A stretch of DNA of 63,808 nt, counting the filler, from Octopus bimaculoides (lineage: Eukaryota): the NCBI RefSeq assembly GCF_001194135.2. It is 7 parts of 7 records of this genome, joined end to end, with 100 filler letters (N's around TTAATTAATTAA, not from the genome) between each part and the next. Parts side by side here need not be neighbours in the genome. Positions count along the whole stretch, not along the records: positions 60,817 to 63,808 come from NC_068994.1; 6 more parts are not named here. One strand, 5' to 3'. How positions within the stretch are numbered: position 1 is the stretch's first letter; every line of letters begins with the position of its first letter. The notes beneath the pieces are model-generated. The model saw only the letters and a list, made by a program, of their open reading frames with translations. It had not been told where the DNA came from and searched no databases. The translations under genes and the position numbers were made by a program. Positions 62,560 through 63,808 of the stretch are shown in pieces.

Positions 62560-62690
62560 TTTCAAATTCTGGCACAAGGCCAGAAAAATCGGGGGAGGGG
62601 TGAATCGATTACATCGGCCCCAGTGCTCAACAGGTACTTATTTTATCGATCCCGAAAAGATGAAAGTTAAGTCGACCTCGGTGGAATTTT
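62560..62690 (-). mobile_element. SINE family B fragment
   Basis: Body and tail similarity to 62172-62393. Confidence 0.75.
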
Positions 62691-63342
62691 CCATTTGGTA
62701 TATTAAAAACTATCCAGTACTATTTGCATTTTATCAGATACTGTTAAACATACAATTTAACATTCTTTAATACTATTGGTCGTACTATTACCGTATTTTA
62801 TAGCTCAGAAGGCACACTTCTTTTACCAAAATATGTTCCCGGAAATCAGCAATTATTAAGAGCTCTAACACATTGCGAAGGTTTCAATTTCTTCTAAGGA
62901 ATAATTCAGATACAGCAGCGTTCTCTAAACTGAATTGCAAGTCTCTTAAAAAAAAAAACCAACCAAAAAACCAACTACTTCTCAAAGTTTTTAGTATTTA
63001 CTAAGATAACATTGAATATCAATAATACTTAGTTCATATAAAGTAACACCAGGCGAGAGGAAACTTAAGTGACAACAGTGTACCACACACGTAAAACAAA
63101 CTAGCGGTCTGTTAGAAACCAATGTTTACATTCTGCGTCAGTGCCATTGCGTTTCATTAGTTTTAAGCCAGAAACCTTCCAGATAAGACGACTTTAAAAT
63201 TTTAATTTACAGTGCAATGTTTGTTTAAATGGTAAAAAAGAATCTTAATTTTTTGGTTGAACAGAGTTAAGCCATATCTTCTTCATAAAATATCTTCATA
63301 TTACAGTGCAACATTTAATTGATACTCTACTCGTTTTTTTTT

Positions 63343-63553
63343 TTTTACTCTTTTACTTGTTTCAGTCATTTGACTGCGGCCATGCTGCAGCACCGCCTTT
63401 TAGTCGAGGAGCAAATCGACCCCAGGACTTATTCCTTTCTAAGCCTAGTACTTATTCTATCGGTCTATTTTTGCCGAACCGCTAAGTTACGGGGACGTAA
63501 ACACACCAGCATCGGTTGTCAAGCGATGGTGGGGGGACAATCACAGACACACA
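63343..63553 (-). mobile_element. SINE family A, 3' half
   Basis: Reverse complement of the 4518-4722-type sequence. Confidence 0.85.
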
Positions 63554-63808
63554 AACGCACATATATATACACGTACACGTACCCAACACCTACAACCCCA
63601 CACAAACACGAACACACACACACTCAAATAACCACCTGTTGACCTTCTACCTACACTGTCTATAGCGTCCACTAACCAGTCCTGCTACTAATTTCTTCCA
63701 CTACGTCATACACACACAAACACACTAACAGATAAACCACCAAACCATGCACACACACACACACACACACACATACATACGTACACACACGTTCTGTTAT
63801 CACACACA

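Overview
AT-rich eukaryotic draft-assembly DNA with many N gaps and dense (TA)n/(CA)n/(TACA)n/(GATA)n/(TAA)n microsatellites. The repeat style suggests an octopus/cephalopod genome (inference, no database check). I found no confidently supported host protein-coding exon; nearly all listed ORFs are microsatellite read-throughs or transposon relics. The window is a transposon graveyard. Retroelements: CR1-like, RTE and R4/Dong LINEs, a Gypsy pol relic, several Penelope-like elements (PLEs), and two tRNA-derived SINE families. DNA elements: pogo, mariner, maT-like and hAT/Buster transposons, MITEs, fold-back elements and Helitron ends. The best signal is a non-canonical type I hammerhead ribozyme-like motif (core UUGAAAA, i.e. 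U3-A8 instead of C3-G8; long stem II; palindromic stem III; GUA site). It occurs in sense orientation in the 3' ends of two diverged PLE copies (13714-13769 +, 38658-38721 -), with compensatory changes between them. Several other degenerate hammerhead-like motifs are scattered through the window. Other highlights: a shared LINE/SINE 3' tail, young (TAA)n-targeted Dong insertions, two chimeric elements, and a CpG-rich candidate promoter/first exon at about 30.1-30.24 kb. All alignments and folds were done by eye, and most element boundaries are approximate.
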